A stretch of 62,757 nucleotides of DNA, the filler included, from Choristocarpus tenellus KU-1152 (Eukaryota > Protista > Phaeophyceae): NCBI GenBank assembly GCA_964200185.2. It is 11 parts of 11 records of this genome, joined end to end, with 100 filler letters (N's around TTAATTAATTAA, not from the genome) between each part and the next. Parts side by side here need not be neighbours in the genome. Positions count along the whole stretch, not along the records: positions 11,121 to 28,413 come from CAXNAD020000691.1; 10 more parts are not named here. One strand, 5' to 3'. This document shows positions 13,652-26,500 of this stretch, in pieces. Made by a program: the position numbers and the translations under genes. The first letter of the stretch is position 1. Every line of letters starts with the position of its first letter. Below the pieces are notes generated by a model. It was not told the origin of the DNA, searched no databases, and worked only from the letters and a program-made list of their open reading frames with translations.

Positions 13652-14124
13652 GTAGGTGGATAGACCCTGGGTGTAGAGAGATAGAAGTAGTAAAGGCACT
13701 AGCGGAGTTCATGTGTTTCTGTTGTGGAAGTAGGGGGAACCAAGTAAGCACAATTAAGGGTAAGATGGCAGCAATCCAATATTACCACAAGCATTTCCTC
13801 AACCTACAGCTACCCACACAACATTTCATGATCCAATCTGTACTAAAAGGAATAGGAGGAGCGACAAAAAAATAGGAAGTGAGCCAAGGAAGAGGAGACC
13901 CCTAACGTGGAGAATGATCGTAGAGACAAAGCAATGCACTGAAATGCTAGGTAGGGAAGGTAAACTGACAAGGCTAGGTTTGGGTTTCTCGTTCTTCTTT
14001 CTAGCTAGAGCCTCAGAGCTATGGGCCTATGACGAAGGGGGAGGAGTTCATGGGGACTTCGCAGTAAGGAGGAGGGACGTGGTATGGAGGAGGGGAGTGA
14101 AGAGATTAAGTTGGGAAGAGAGAC
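13537..14124 (+). pseudogene. Tyrosine recombinase (N-terminal part) of YR retrotransposon
   Basis: APSTQKCYEAAWDQW, STIKGKMAAIQYYH, RRPLTW, GFSFFFLARASEL (first catalytic Arg box); frameshift in the A-run near 13866; C-terminal HxxR/Y region absent. Confidence 0.85.
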
Positions 14125-14382
14125 GAGCCAAAGTATCTTAGAGGGTAGAGCCGCGTCCATTTGGAGGTCAAAATCCAGTGTTGCGATTTCGATGTAATTT
14201 TGGCTATCGTGTTTGTTAGGAAGTGTCAATATCCTTGCTCCGGACACACCTTTTCAGAACGTATAATTTTTACCTACTCCGAAACATTTTGAAGTAGGAA
14301 AATGTCATAAAAACCCCGAGGGAAGCCAAGACCCAAATGGACAAACAGGGCAAAACTCGTACCCTCTAAGATACTTTCACTC
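14125..14382 (+). mobile_element. Sola-type MITE copy 5 (complete, 258 bp)
   Basis: GAGCCAAAGTATCTTAGAGGG...CCCTCTAAGATACTTTCACTC; flanks agac/ttta do not match. Confidence 0.9.
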
Positions 14383-14533
14383 TTTACTTGTCTGTTGTTT
14401 GGAATATTTAGGCACAATTCAGAAAATATCCTTACCCAGTTGCAATTAAAGCGGAATTTTGCACACATTTGTCAGCATCCATAAAATGCAACTCTATGTA
14501 CCTCTCATTTACTTTGACTCAAAAATAAATTCT

Positions 14534-17500
14534 CTACTCCACAATGAAGTCTTCAAGATCAACATAAGCATCAGTGCCATCCTCTTCCCCCAACCAGCCA
14601 TCAATCACATTGTTCCTACTCCTGATGCGTTGTCGCTTCCTTCGTCGGGTGCCGAGCTGTTCACAACCTCTGACCATTGTCCCTTGATCTTCATCTGATT
14701 GTTGTTCCTCACCATCTACTACTGAAGATTTCTTCAAATCATGACCTGTACTGTCATTCCTTCCCCTTGAAACTTCCTCTCTTAACAAAAGGTGTGTACC
14801 CCCTTCCACAAGAATGCGCAAGGAGCTCTCCAAGGCACACTGGTCATGGTAATCTATTCCGTCTCCACAATCATCTACACCACTGCTGTCAATTTGACCC
14901 CATCTATCAAGGAGCATTGATGCCTTCCCAGCTGCTCTTGATCGCTCAAGGTCAAGGCGGTCCATCTTAAACAAAACAGTTGAAGCCTGGAGGATATATC
15001 GATAGATTTGGATGATACAGACAGGAAAGTTATCAGAAGATAGATCAAAGAGTAGAAGGGCATTGAAGCACTCTCCCAGCACACCCATGAGCTCACTGCT
15101 GATTAGTGTGGACAGGAAGGCATCACTGTGGGGTGAACAGTTATACAAGCAGGATTGAACATGTATCAAATGTTCCGCAGGTACTTGACGCGTAAAGTGG
15201 AATTACCACACTGATCGGAAAACACCTCATGCATCCATTAGGTTGAAAATTCAACATGCAGTGTCCAAGCAGCTTAAGTATACCCCACTGTAACAGAAAA
15301 TTTACATCCTTCCTATGAATATTACTTTACAGTGCTGCTCACCTTTTTACGGCATAGTTTGTCGCTACCCTCTCGTGTAGTCACACCAATCCTTTGTCCT
15401 TCAATCCACTTTCTTGTGACAGCTTCTAGACGAAAGAATGCTTCTGATACCACTGCAACACCAGCATTCAAAATAGAAACTAGTTCAGGATTGCCCCTAA
15501 ATCGTTCAAGTGGAGAGGCGCTTCCAACCTGAGGTGTTACTTCTGCCTTTTTCTTCAAATGTTTCTGACTGAGTTCTGTTGATCTAGCTTCTCCGACTTT
15601 TGTAGACTGTAGCATGTGTTCTTTGGTCTGGACCACCCCTTGAGTCACTTTTTCCTTATCCACCATGATAGGCATCGATGGAACATGCAAAGACTCGGCA
15701 GCCAGAGCAGTAGAGGCAGCCAATGCTGCTCCACGACCAGATGTGTAGATCTTATCAAGCAGTACCATGACCCGCAATTTTAGTGCCTCTGGCAGCACTT
15801 CCACCACCAGTGTGTTTGCCCCATCCTCCTTATCACGTTTATGAACACGTCCAGACTCACGTTGGGATTTGGTTTTGTCATGGCCATCAAGTAGTGTTTG
15901 TGTCAAGGGGGTAAAGATTTCCTGCAGCACCCCTATTGCTGTTGAGAGTCTGAACACATACCTGGTTGACCCCAAAGCTAAGCTGGCCTCAAGCTCTGCA
16001 AGTGCAACGGCTAGCGCAGCATGGCATTCTCTAGAACTAGCCATTTGGACACTGCTTGGAGATGGGTTGTAGACTGAGCCCTTAGAATCTTTTTGGGGAG
16101 GGGAGTTGCCACCCGCAGCACCACTTTCCTCGGCCTTGCTGCCAACGCCTTGATCACTTTTGTAACGCCCATCAGCTCTATTCTCTTGCAACCACTTTAT
16201 ACAGCAACACACAACTTCCCAACAGCGTCCCTTTGGTGGTAGAGTGCCTAGTTGCAATCCTGTTTTCACTTGCTTTGCCTCTGTACCCTGTCCCACACCA
16301 TCAAACCTCAGTGCTCCCCTCACAATACGTTGGAAAAGGGTCACCTGAGACACACAATGGTGTGTAAGGATGGACATTAGAACATCTCCTGCATCATCTG
16401 TCTTTGAGGCTAAAGGCTTTGTCACTCCAATAGTAGTCTCTTGGATGCCATTTGGTTTTTTTCGGGACTCCAAGGCAGCCATGCCCAAGAGCTCCAGTAG
16501 GTCAAGGTAAGCCTATGTTGCAGATTGGTGAAACGAGGGGGTGAGGATGTAAGACCAATGTCTTGATGCTAGGAGAGGTGCTATAGTCCACCCATTCGGA
16601 TATTGGGGTGAGGGTCCAGGTAATGGATGTGTGGTGGCTGCCTATTGGTGGACAACACACGAAGCATGCATCGCATTTGGATGTGCTCAGAGTTGTGCTA
16701 TACAAGTGCTTTTCAAACTGTCGAGTTCAAGAACCATAAAATATTGTCTTCAAATAAAAACATGAATGTCAATAGGACAAGAAAAGGTCAAATCTAAGGG
16801 GCTGCTTTTTGGAATGCAAAAGATTAAGGAATGCTCTCCCTGGCAATGCATCACAAGTGGACTCTTTTCTAACAGTCTCTCTGGCTTAGATTGCAGAGCT
16901 CACCTGGACCAATTTGACTGATAGTCCTTGTTCCAGCCCTTCACGTAGCTCCAGTGCTACATAGCGGCAGAGTTCCCCCAAAATGCAAAATACATATCCT
17001 TCACTCTCGCCTTTAACAGATATTCTACTGGGCAAATCTGGCAAACTATTTCCAGCAGTTTGTGCATGTGAGGGTGGGGTTAGGGTTAGGGTATTTGCTG
17101 AGGCATTACACAACCCTTTGTGTGCTTCCAGGGAAGCTCCTGAGCTTGGCTCGGTCAAATGACCTCCACTGTTATCTGGACTCACATACCCTAGTCTGGT
17201 CCCTGCTGACACCAGAAGAGGACTGACTCTCTTGCGGCGAGGCAGTTTACGATGGTTATCACCACTAGTACCACTACTATCTTCACAGTCTGCAGCTACA
17301 AATGCATTTTCTGGCACTCTAGCCTTGATGAGGATGGGGGCAGTTCGCAAAAACCAAGCTCGCTGACATTGTGTGCCATTGAGAAGAATTGTCGTTGCCA
17401 CCACTTCTGTGCGCATGAGTTCCTCCCAAAGAGCAAAGTAAAGATCTTCTGCTTCCTCCTGGAGCTCTTCAGGCACATGCCTATCCCGACTTCTTGAACT

Positions 17501-20500
17501 CCTCCCCCCACACCTGCTGCCATTGCTGCTATTGCTGTGGTTCCTTCCAAGGCGAGGAGAGGAGCGACGAGGGGGGGCTAAGCCAGGTAGTCCCCAATCA
17601 GACACATGTGCCCTCCAGCGTTCACTCATCCTTCCTAGGAAACCTGCTACCATGGAGGCTGAAGTGGGCAAAGGGGGTTCAACTGGACATTTATCCTCAG
17701 ATGGGGTGGCAGCATACCTATCCCCACCTAAATCTATCTCTTGGTTGATTTCTCCTATCCCTAAGCTATCTGAATTGTAGCTGGGAAAAGAGTTCCGCCT
17801 GGAGAGAAGACGGCAAGCAGCTATGGGATTGCACACAGCTGCTCGTAGTCGAAGGATGAGACCCACAACAGTCACAACAGTCTCTTTATCAGTCTCTTCA
17901 TCAGCAGGTGCATCACTTGTTCCACAACCTCCACCAGCCTTTGCCTCAAGCCATAGACGAAGAGTGGACACACAATGCACCAGACCCAACCACACTCCCA
18001 AGCCTTCATCCCATGACCATGTTGGCCACTCCTCTCCCGGCTTCACCCCAACTCTGTCAGCCTGCATCTGTTCATGCAGGTCCAGAAACATTTGGGCATA
18101 TGTAAGAGCGGACTTGGTAGAAAGGAGCTGATGGTGCAGTTCTGGTTTTATGGTCCCATCCTTGTTAGATGGGATATTGTCTTCATTTCTTGGCTGTGTA
18201 AGGCCAAGTATTTCTCCAGGGAGGGTACGAATGACAGATGAAAGACCCCGATCCTGCACTCGGCCAGCCTTTGGGGTACCAGTGGAATTGCTTATCCCTT
18301 GTGCTGCCCTGGCTGCAACGCCCAGAAGACTGAATGCATCAGTCACAGCCCTGAAAATGACACTGCTAGGTTTGTCCTCGTTAGGTCTATCAAGATGAAG
18401 GGGTGCTGCATCTGCCTTAGGGATATTTCCTATCTTCGCCATGTCTGTCTCTGTAGCTGTGGCGCAATCTGTTAATGCAGGGCCAATGAAATATGAGGAG
18501 GGGCCGTACACACCTGCTGTCAAAGTAGAGTGAGTTCAAGAGGCACTTGTAGTCTTAGTGAGGATTAGTTGCATGGAGGGGAGAAGGGACACTGCAGCAA
18601 CGTGCATTATATATCCCCTTATCAGGCGGTGATGCCCAAGAGGTTGGATCGGACACTAATCCTACACACTAGTGTAGAACTATACACTAGTGTAGAACGA
18701 GATGAAGTAAAGCATACAACTAAAATAGCAGCAAGAGCTCCCAACACTTCTTTAAAGACAAAGCAGCATTTTCCATTTATCTGGACTTTTAAGACTATAT
18801 CTCACAACACCTCAAGACATGATTCTACATGGACTGTAAGGTCACACTAGAACACATAACTAAGTCATCAAAAGATGGAGGGCAATACGGTAGGACAAAC
18901 AGTGAATGCACCCTATGGTTCCAAAGTGGCAAACAGGCCTTCGTATTTGTCCAATGATAATCTTCTTGTCTCACACTCTCAACTTCCTGTCTTCACCAAT
19001 AGTACTATTAGTCTTCACATGTCAAGCATATTATCGTTGTGGGCAGTACACATAGTTTACCCTATAACGCACAACTCATGAGAACATAACATTTTACTAA
19101 GAAAAGGGGCATGTTAGATCACGTACTGTTCAGGAGGCACTCCACTAGGGCCTCCCCCAGTGTCAGTACCAACGCCAGCGCTGGAAGGGCTCCCACCAAG
19201 TTGGGGTTGCATTGTGGCAGGACATCGCATGTATATTGAGCTTCATCACCATCACCCTCATGGTCCTCCTCAGTGGGGGGGCATTTCCTCATCTTTGAAA
19301 AGGTATCAAAACAGGCATACAAAAGAAACAACTCATCAAAATCAACTCTTCGTGCAAAGATATTGTAAAAACCAAAATTGTCCAGTCTGTTGTCTTCATA
19401 CCAGTTTCAGAAGCAGCTACTTGTACATTTTGGTGTGAAATGCAATTATTCAAGGCACATTGAGAGATTGACTGAGGGCAAGGTTTGTGAGTCGGGAATT
19501 CGTGTAAAAGTGGAGCAAAGTTGTGGTGGCAGTAGAGACCAATAAGGGCAAACAATAATGTGGCACCTAGTTCAAGTCGCATCATACAATGTATCCAACA
19601 AATGAGACCAGGAAAAGTAGAGTTGATCATGACCTACTGTGTAGTCCTCATCAATAGTGCAACTCTATTACTTCATGCGAAGCAAGGGGATACCCCTAAG
19701 AACACATACAACGATCCAAAGTGGACAAACTCTAACCTCTCCTTCCATCCCAAACCTCCAAGCTCCCTCATCCCCAGAGCATTGGTGCCCTTCACTTCCA
19801 TACCCTCACTGACCTTCAAGGTTCCCCCCGCTGACAAAAATTCCACAACAGCCACCAGAGCTTTCCCAACCGTGGTTACTGGGGCACCTCTAATCCCAAC
19901 ATTGAGACCATCCTTCCTGCAGCCCAAACCTTGACCAAGCATAACTCTAGCCACCACTTCTGCCTCTTGGAGCTTTCCAGTCACTCCCTGTCTTCCCCCA
20001 CCCTGTGCAGGGGCAGTTGGAACCAATGCCCAGCAACAGACAAAAAGCTGGCCAATAGCATCGCGACAGATTATTCTTCGTGGTGCACAAACAGCAACTT
20101 TGCCTACATCATCACCACTGACCCAGTATCCTCCGGCTTGTGAAGTTTGTGAAGGATGTGCACATGCCAAAAATAGGCGAAGCAAAACTAATTGCAACCT
20201 CCCTCCTGTGCTTGTCATCACCTTTGTCTTACCCTTCTTATCAGCACCATAAACACCAAACTTATCATTTGCAGAAGAAACATACCCTCCTGCAGTAGAG
20301 TTGTCTTCGTGGCTCTTTGTCGACAGGAAGCGGGAGAGACGGTCAATAAGAACACTATGCAGCCCATCCAAGGCAACCATGTCCTCACCGTCAAGACTAT
20401 CAGCCTTTGCCCCTGCTGCACTCTCACCCATACCAGTGTGTAACAAACTTTGCCCAGACCCTGTGTGTCTATCCCCACCTAACCGGAGATCAGAGTCTGT

Positions 20501-23500
20501 CCACCTTCCTTGTCCCTTTCCCCAGGAGGTGAGGGCAACAGCACTCACAGGCTGAACCGCCTCTCCTGTCTCTGTTTCTGTTGGAGGACTCCCTTCATGT
20601 GCCTCCCAGTGATGAGACAAAGATGAGACTTTTGTGGCCAGATGATGCAGTGCTTCAGATCTATTCCACTGAAAAAAAGAAAGGACAGTCGCCAGCATAT
20701 ACAGCATATCACCAGGAGTGACAAAGGGACTGGCGTCATTGGTTGATATCACTGTTGGGGTTAGGGTCATACCACCATGTCACACACTGTAGATAACAGC
20801 AACTGGGCACACTTACCCTACATTTACCCTACATACACTTTCATTCCCAGAAAATGAGGTGAAAACAATCGACCAACATTGTGCCAACACTGCAAGCACT
20901 GTGCTGCACTTTCCTTGGGACTCACGGTTTCCAAATTTCCCTGCAGAGCTCTTTGTAGGATACAAATGAGGTCCTCTTGTATCCCTTCCTCACATAGGGC
21001 ACCCCTTTCACCATCCATAGGATCTTGCAAGACATTTTCCAGGCCAAGTATTTGGTGTTTTGCTTGTGTTCTCTGCATTACTGAGGCTCTCGTCCTCCTC
21101 TTCCATGCAATGGTCCAAACGATCATGGTTGTCACTGAATGGAGCGACAGGAGGGGACCCTATAAAAAAAAAAGTGAAACGAGATTGCATGATATGTTCA
21201 CAGATGAATAACATAGATAAACAATACATACATAAACAAAGCATAGCATTGTTGATACTACCACACACACTAATGATGTGCAGAGAATGTTTTCTCATCT
21301 CAGTCAAACTGAACAACAACATGACTTGTCCTCTACGAACAGCTCCAAAAAATGATCTCTAAGTGTTGTGTTTGTTTTTGAACAAATGGCAAATGACTTA
21401 GCAAATGACCTAGCCCTAACCCAAACTCCCACAACAATCAATACAACTGTAGGACACCGCAAAGAAATACCCTAACCCTAACCCTAACCCATTTCTACTA
21501 TCCAAGCTGAACTACCAAATGCAATGATTAAGATCCACAATACAACAAGGAATGTATGCACCTTCAACAAAGTCAAGCATGCAATCTTTTCAGAACTGAC
21601 ACACACATGTCACTATTGACCTTCTCCAACCAAGTATATGTCATTGACAAAAGTAATACAAAAACCAGTCCCTGATGGACATATACCCTCATCTCCCTCC
21701 AACAAACACTAGAGGGTTTCCAAGATATGCATAGGGGAGAGACACAACCCCCCTCCACTGAAATTGAACAAGACTACTGTTCTGGAGCCCAGCGCAATGT
21801 ACAGCCATACCTAGACTAATGTGTTACCAGTAAAAGAATGGCACCAAGTGTACAAGGTACAGCAGTCATACAGTGGTGGGTAGGGCAACGACAACAAAAA
21901 TGCAAGAGTCAAAATTGATCGCAAAAAAGAGCAGAGATGAAGGGGCTTGAATCCTCGATTCATCACTTGTCAGACCCACCGGCAAAGCATTTACCCCACA
22001 TTTCCTACTATTGATTGGGTTGTAGGAAGGGACATCGAATCATTATATGAACAATTACTATGGCGGGATCTGAAGACAACGAAATAAATAATAGACAAAA
22101 AATGCAATACCATGTAATCAAACAAACAACAACTGCATTCAGTTGTGGGTGAAGCTACTTGCACTCTCCCTCAAAACACACACACAGCAAGATAAGAGCT
22201 AAAAATGTAACCAACAACATCAAAATCTCCAATATTTGAGCAGCAAGAGCAGGCTCTAGAGGTATCCGTACTCCATGTCAGAACACATCAGCCAAATCAA
22301 GAGAGTAGGGGACATAACCCACCCTATATTGTAGAACCGTTAAGGTTTGCGTTACACATAATGAATAGATTAAAATTCACACAATCAAGCAACACATGCT
22401 AGGGTTAGGGTGGTGTAGTGAAAATAAAAATGGGTTACCTTTGGCGGGAGGCGGAAAGGAAACATTAGGTGATGGGGGTGGGGTGGGGAAGAGAAATGAC
22501 CCTGTAATCTCTCAAGCATCCAATTGCCTCAATCAATTAGATAGGTTTCCGAGGACTCTACTCTACACTAGGGCTCAGCAAGCAAAACGTAACTCAATGG
22601 CAAGGGCTGCATCACTTTTGAAAAATTAACTGTTTGAAGGAGTATGTCTGAAGGACTGCAGTATAGCGCCTGTAAAATCTCATCACGAAAACAGCTAATC
22701 AACTCAAAACGTCACACACAAAGGCAACAATTACATTCATTTTTGAGAAACACTCATACAACAATAATAATAATAATAATAATAATAAATGCTGACTGAA
22801 TACTTACAGGATCAAAGCATTGCGCCCACATAATCAAACCTAAGTTTTGATTGACAGCCCTCAGCATACCTTACTGTCTCCCTGTGAAGCACACTTCCTA
22901 CACAAGGTTATCATTGCTCCTGCATGAGAACTGCAAGAATTGGCGAGAGGAACAACTGACTCCAGTAAGCGTCTTCCTTGTTGGGGAGGGAGGAGGACAA
23001 AATGTCCAAGGGAATCCGACACAACCTGAGAATGTGGCACTACACGGAGGCACTGTCCATAGACAAGGGCAAGACACACCACTGTGTTACACTTCAATGG
23101 GCACCACTCAGTGGTACACAAAAAGTAGTACACAAAAAGTGCTGCGAGGGTTGAGGAGGTACCACCTACAAGCACATCAGAACATGACTGACACAATAAA
23201 CGCTTCACACAGCTACTTGTACTGGCCCTAGAGAGCAAGGCAATTGCGAAATGGGCACCACTCTTCATTAACCAACTTCATGAGTTGGAGGTCATGTCCT
23301 CATGGGTGCTCAACAAAATTTGATCATGAAGGAGGTCCTTTGACCATGACATATGCGATCGATGTTTGGATGTATAACTCAAAGTATAACCTTGTACGTC
23401 CTAGAGGGTTAGCGCTGTGTCAAAAAGACATTATATTCTTGATTGTGATGTAAACAAGGTAACTACTGAGATGTGCAAGTTTACAGATGTGGCATAGTAA

Positions 23501-26500
23501 TGTCTTTTTGACACATGTAAATGCAAACAAGTGTAGATGCACCATTCTTTTCAACTATGTACAAATTTGTCCGTCCCTCCCTACAGTACAGTGTCCATGT
23601 AGCTCTGTCATAGCCCACCACCTTACATCCAAGTTATGGATGGTTAAAATCTATTGAGGCAAAAAAAAAGTCATTTTCAAGTCAATTTGACTTCAATGAA
23701 ACGCATGTCAAGTGCACTCACTGGAAAGGTACAAGTGTACCATCCAGTCTGTCACCGGACCACGAGAAAAAATATAAAAATATTTATGATGGCAAGGTCT
23801 CCATGTGGTCATGCAATATTGCACACGATTTGAGGTAAGAGGCAGAGCAGTGAGTGGCGGGATGAATAAAGCAAGAAAACATGCAAGAAAAACACTATGA
23901 CACTCACAAGACACTCACAAGACACTCATAAGGCAGTGCAATTAGTTCTAGTGCAACACCTAAATCAGAGCTAATGAGAAGAGGTGCAGTGTGAGTGCAT
24001 CTGCCCACGGGTCAAATTAATCTAAAGTGAGACAAAATACAGAATAATAATAATAGGAATAGTAAATTAACATAGGTGGACCTAGTGTTTCCAAGTCTCA
24101 ATCTAAAGTGAGACAAAATACAGAATAATAATAATAGGAATAGTAATATTAACAACAATATCCAAAAAGAAGCGTTCGCAAATGTGACCAATAACTACCA
24201 GACACATTTCTTGACTGTTCCTGACACACTTTTCCAGCCCTCTGAGCAACATGGTGATCAGGATGTTCCCAAACCCCTCTCACCTCATTCAGAGCCTCCC
24301 TGGCCATAAGTCCTTCCCAAACATCAAGGTAACCCTGTCCAGATACGATGCCCCTTGTCTGGTCTATTACACCTCCAAGTAGCGACCGCAATACCTGTGG
24401 TCTTGCACCTGGCACATCTTCAAACACCACAGACACAATCTCAAGCACCAAATCTACTGTGGAACAAGCACCAACAGCACTCTCAATTAACAACTCTCTA
24501 CCCCCACTGGCCCCAAGGTCCCAGACCTTTCTTACACCTGCCCTTCTGTCAAGGACCTTTCCATTACAATTCCTGTGCAGCTGCTGTGGGCGTTGGTTTC
24601 TTCCTCGAATATTGCCCACCCCCCCTCCCAGCCACTTGAGAGCCAAATCAAGCAGCTGCGAGGCCCTCTGCGACATCAGCCCAGAGCTCTGCCCACCACA
24701 AGTGCCACCTCTGCTTGCTATTCCTCCGCCTTCACTACTGCCCCCACTTCCATCACCGCCCGATAGGGATTTGTGCAGCAGGAGTCTTAGTCCAACCCCT
24801 CCACAAGCACACACATCATCACTGGTTGCTCTATCGCGGCCTAGACCCCTGAGGCCTACCTGACTTCCAGCACCAACATCATTTCCACCCTCTAGGTCAC
24901 TCTTGTGGTGTTGATGTCCATGCATGAGAATGGTCTTTAGCACTTTCTCCACTTTCAGACTGCGGTCCAGACCCAAGGGTAGGAGAGGCAATGTGCACAC
25001 AACAAGGGGACTGGCCTCTCTTAGAAGGAGAAGTAGCATGCCGACATCATGCCAGCGACTGGACGAGGTGCTCATCTCTGACCCTAACCCTAGCATTGCA
25101 TGTTGCACAAAACCAGCTTTCACAGGAGTGGAGTTTGGGTTAAGGCTACCTTCACGTGGATTCCCCCTCCAAACCTCTGCACAAGTAAGATCAAGCAGGC
25201 CCTCAGCTACATCTGGCATGTGGTGCAGAATTTGCTCCAAGACTAGTTCCACTGTAGCAAGCCAGGCACTAGGAACAGCAGCATACAGCATGCGGAGGCA
25301 TCTGAGCCAAGAGGTATGCTCATTCTCCTTGTCGATGTCTTGATCACCTCCCGGGCGACTGTCCACATCCCGCTTGGGCTCTCCTGCCCATGTCCTTGTA
25401 CTGCTAGTTGACTCCCAGTGCCGTACATATTGCATTTCACACATGACACAAACCTTCACCAAAGGGGTTAGGTTCAGATAAGAGTAGGGGTGGATGGACA
25501 TAATGTGAATTGATCATAATGATCAATTAATAAACTAGGATCAGAACCTGTCAAATACGTAAAGAGACCCAACCAAAGCATAAAGTATTTGGAAGACTGG
25601 TAATAGAACTGAAGTAGGTTAACTAGAAATTACAATGGAAAATGGTATGTGGGAGTACCTTTCTAGTACCTTTCTACAATATGAAAGCTTTTCACTCTCT
25701 CTCTCTTGCGGCTAACCAGAATTTTCTCTTCAACATACGCACTGTTGGAGCAAGACTGTATCACTTCTTCTGTCCATATTTGGTACAATGATATCATAAA
25801 CAAGCTGCAGTGGGCTTAAAACTCGCATCACCGACCACCTCAGAATCTCAACCATCCCCAAACGTACTAACCTTTTGACCCAAATCCTTAAGTCAGATTG
25901 CCCCCAAGCCAGCCTTGTTTACCTGTCGTGCAATACCCGTCAAGTCTGCACCATCAAGACATCCTCGCAACAAACACTCCATCAGCCTTCCACGGACCCT
26001 TGCCCACACACCTCCCCCTGCACTGTGTTCACCCTGGCCTTCCACCTGGCCCCGACCTGTCCTCATACCACCTTCACCTGTCTCCTTGTGAGAAGGGTCA
26101 TTCCTGCTCACAAAATTATCAGGACCATCAGTCTTGAGGCAATCAAGCAAGTCTGATAACTCCCCAAACGTTACCAACAAAGGCAAGACCAGCTCAGGTG
26201 GCCAAGGTTGGGCCAGTAGAACATCTGTGATATCGCGCAACACTGCCCTCTCACTCTGTTCAAACTCCTTGGTGGAGGTAATGTCACCTAAGGAATTACA
26301 GCCACGCTTTTTGGATGCATGACCCTTCCCTTGAATGCCTTTTCCTTTTCCACTCCACTGTGATACTATTCCTCCTGGATGCTGTATTTCTTCCGCCTTG
26401 TCAGTTCCCTCCTCCCAACATTCACCACTGGAGGCATTATAGTATCCTACTTCCCCTGACAAGAGCCTCAGCCCTGAGTCGGACCTTTTGCCGTTTGCTA

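Larger units (their letters stand above)
11121..14124 (+). mobile_element. DIRS/Ngaro-type tyrosine-recombinase retrotransposon, degenerate and truncated
   Basis: RT followed by RNase H, then a YR ORF overlapping the RNase H end in another frame; purine-rich coding strand; 5' part lost in the gap, 3' part cut by MITE copy 5. Confidence 0.9.
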
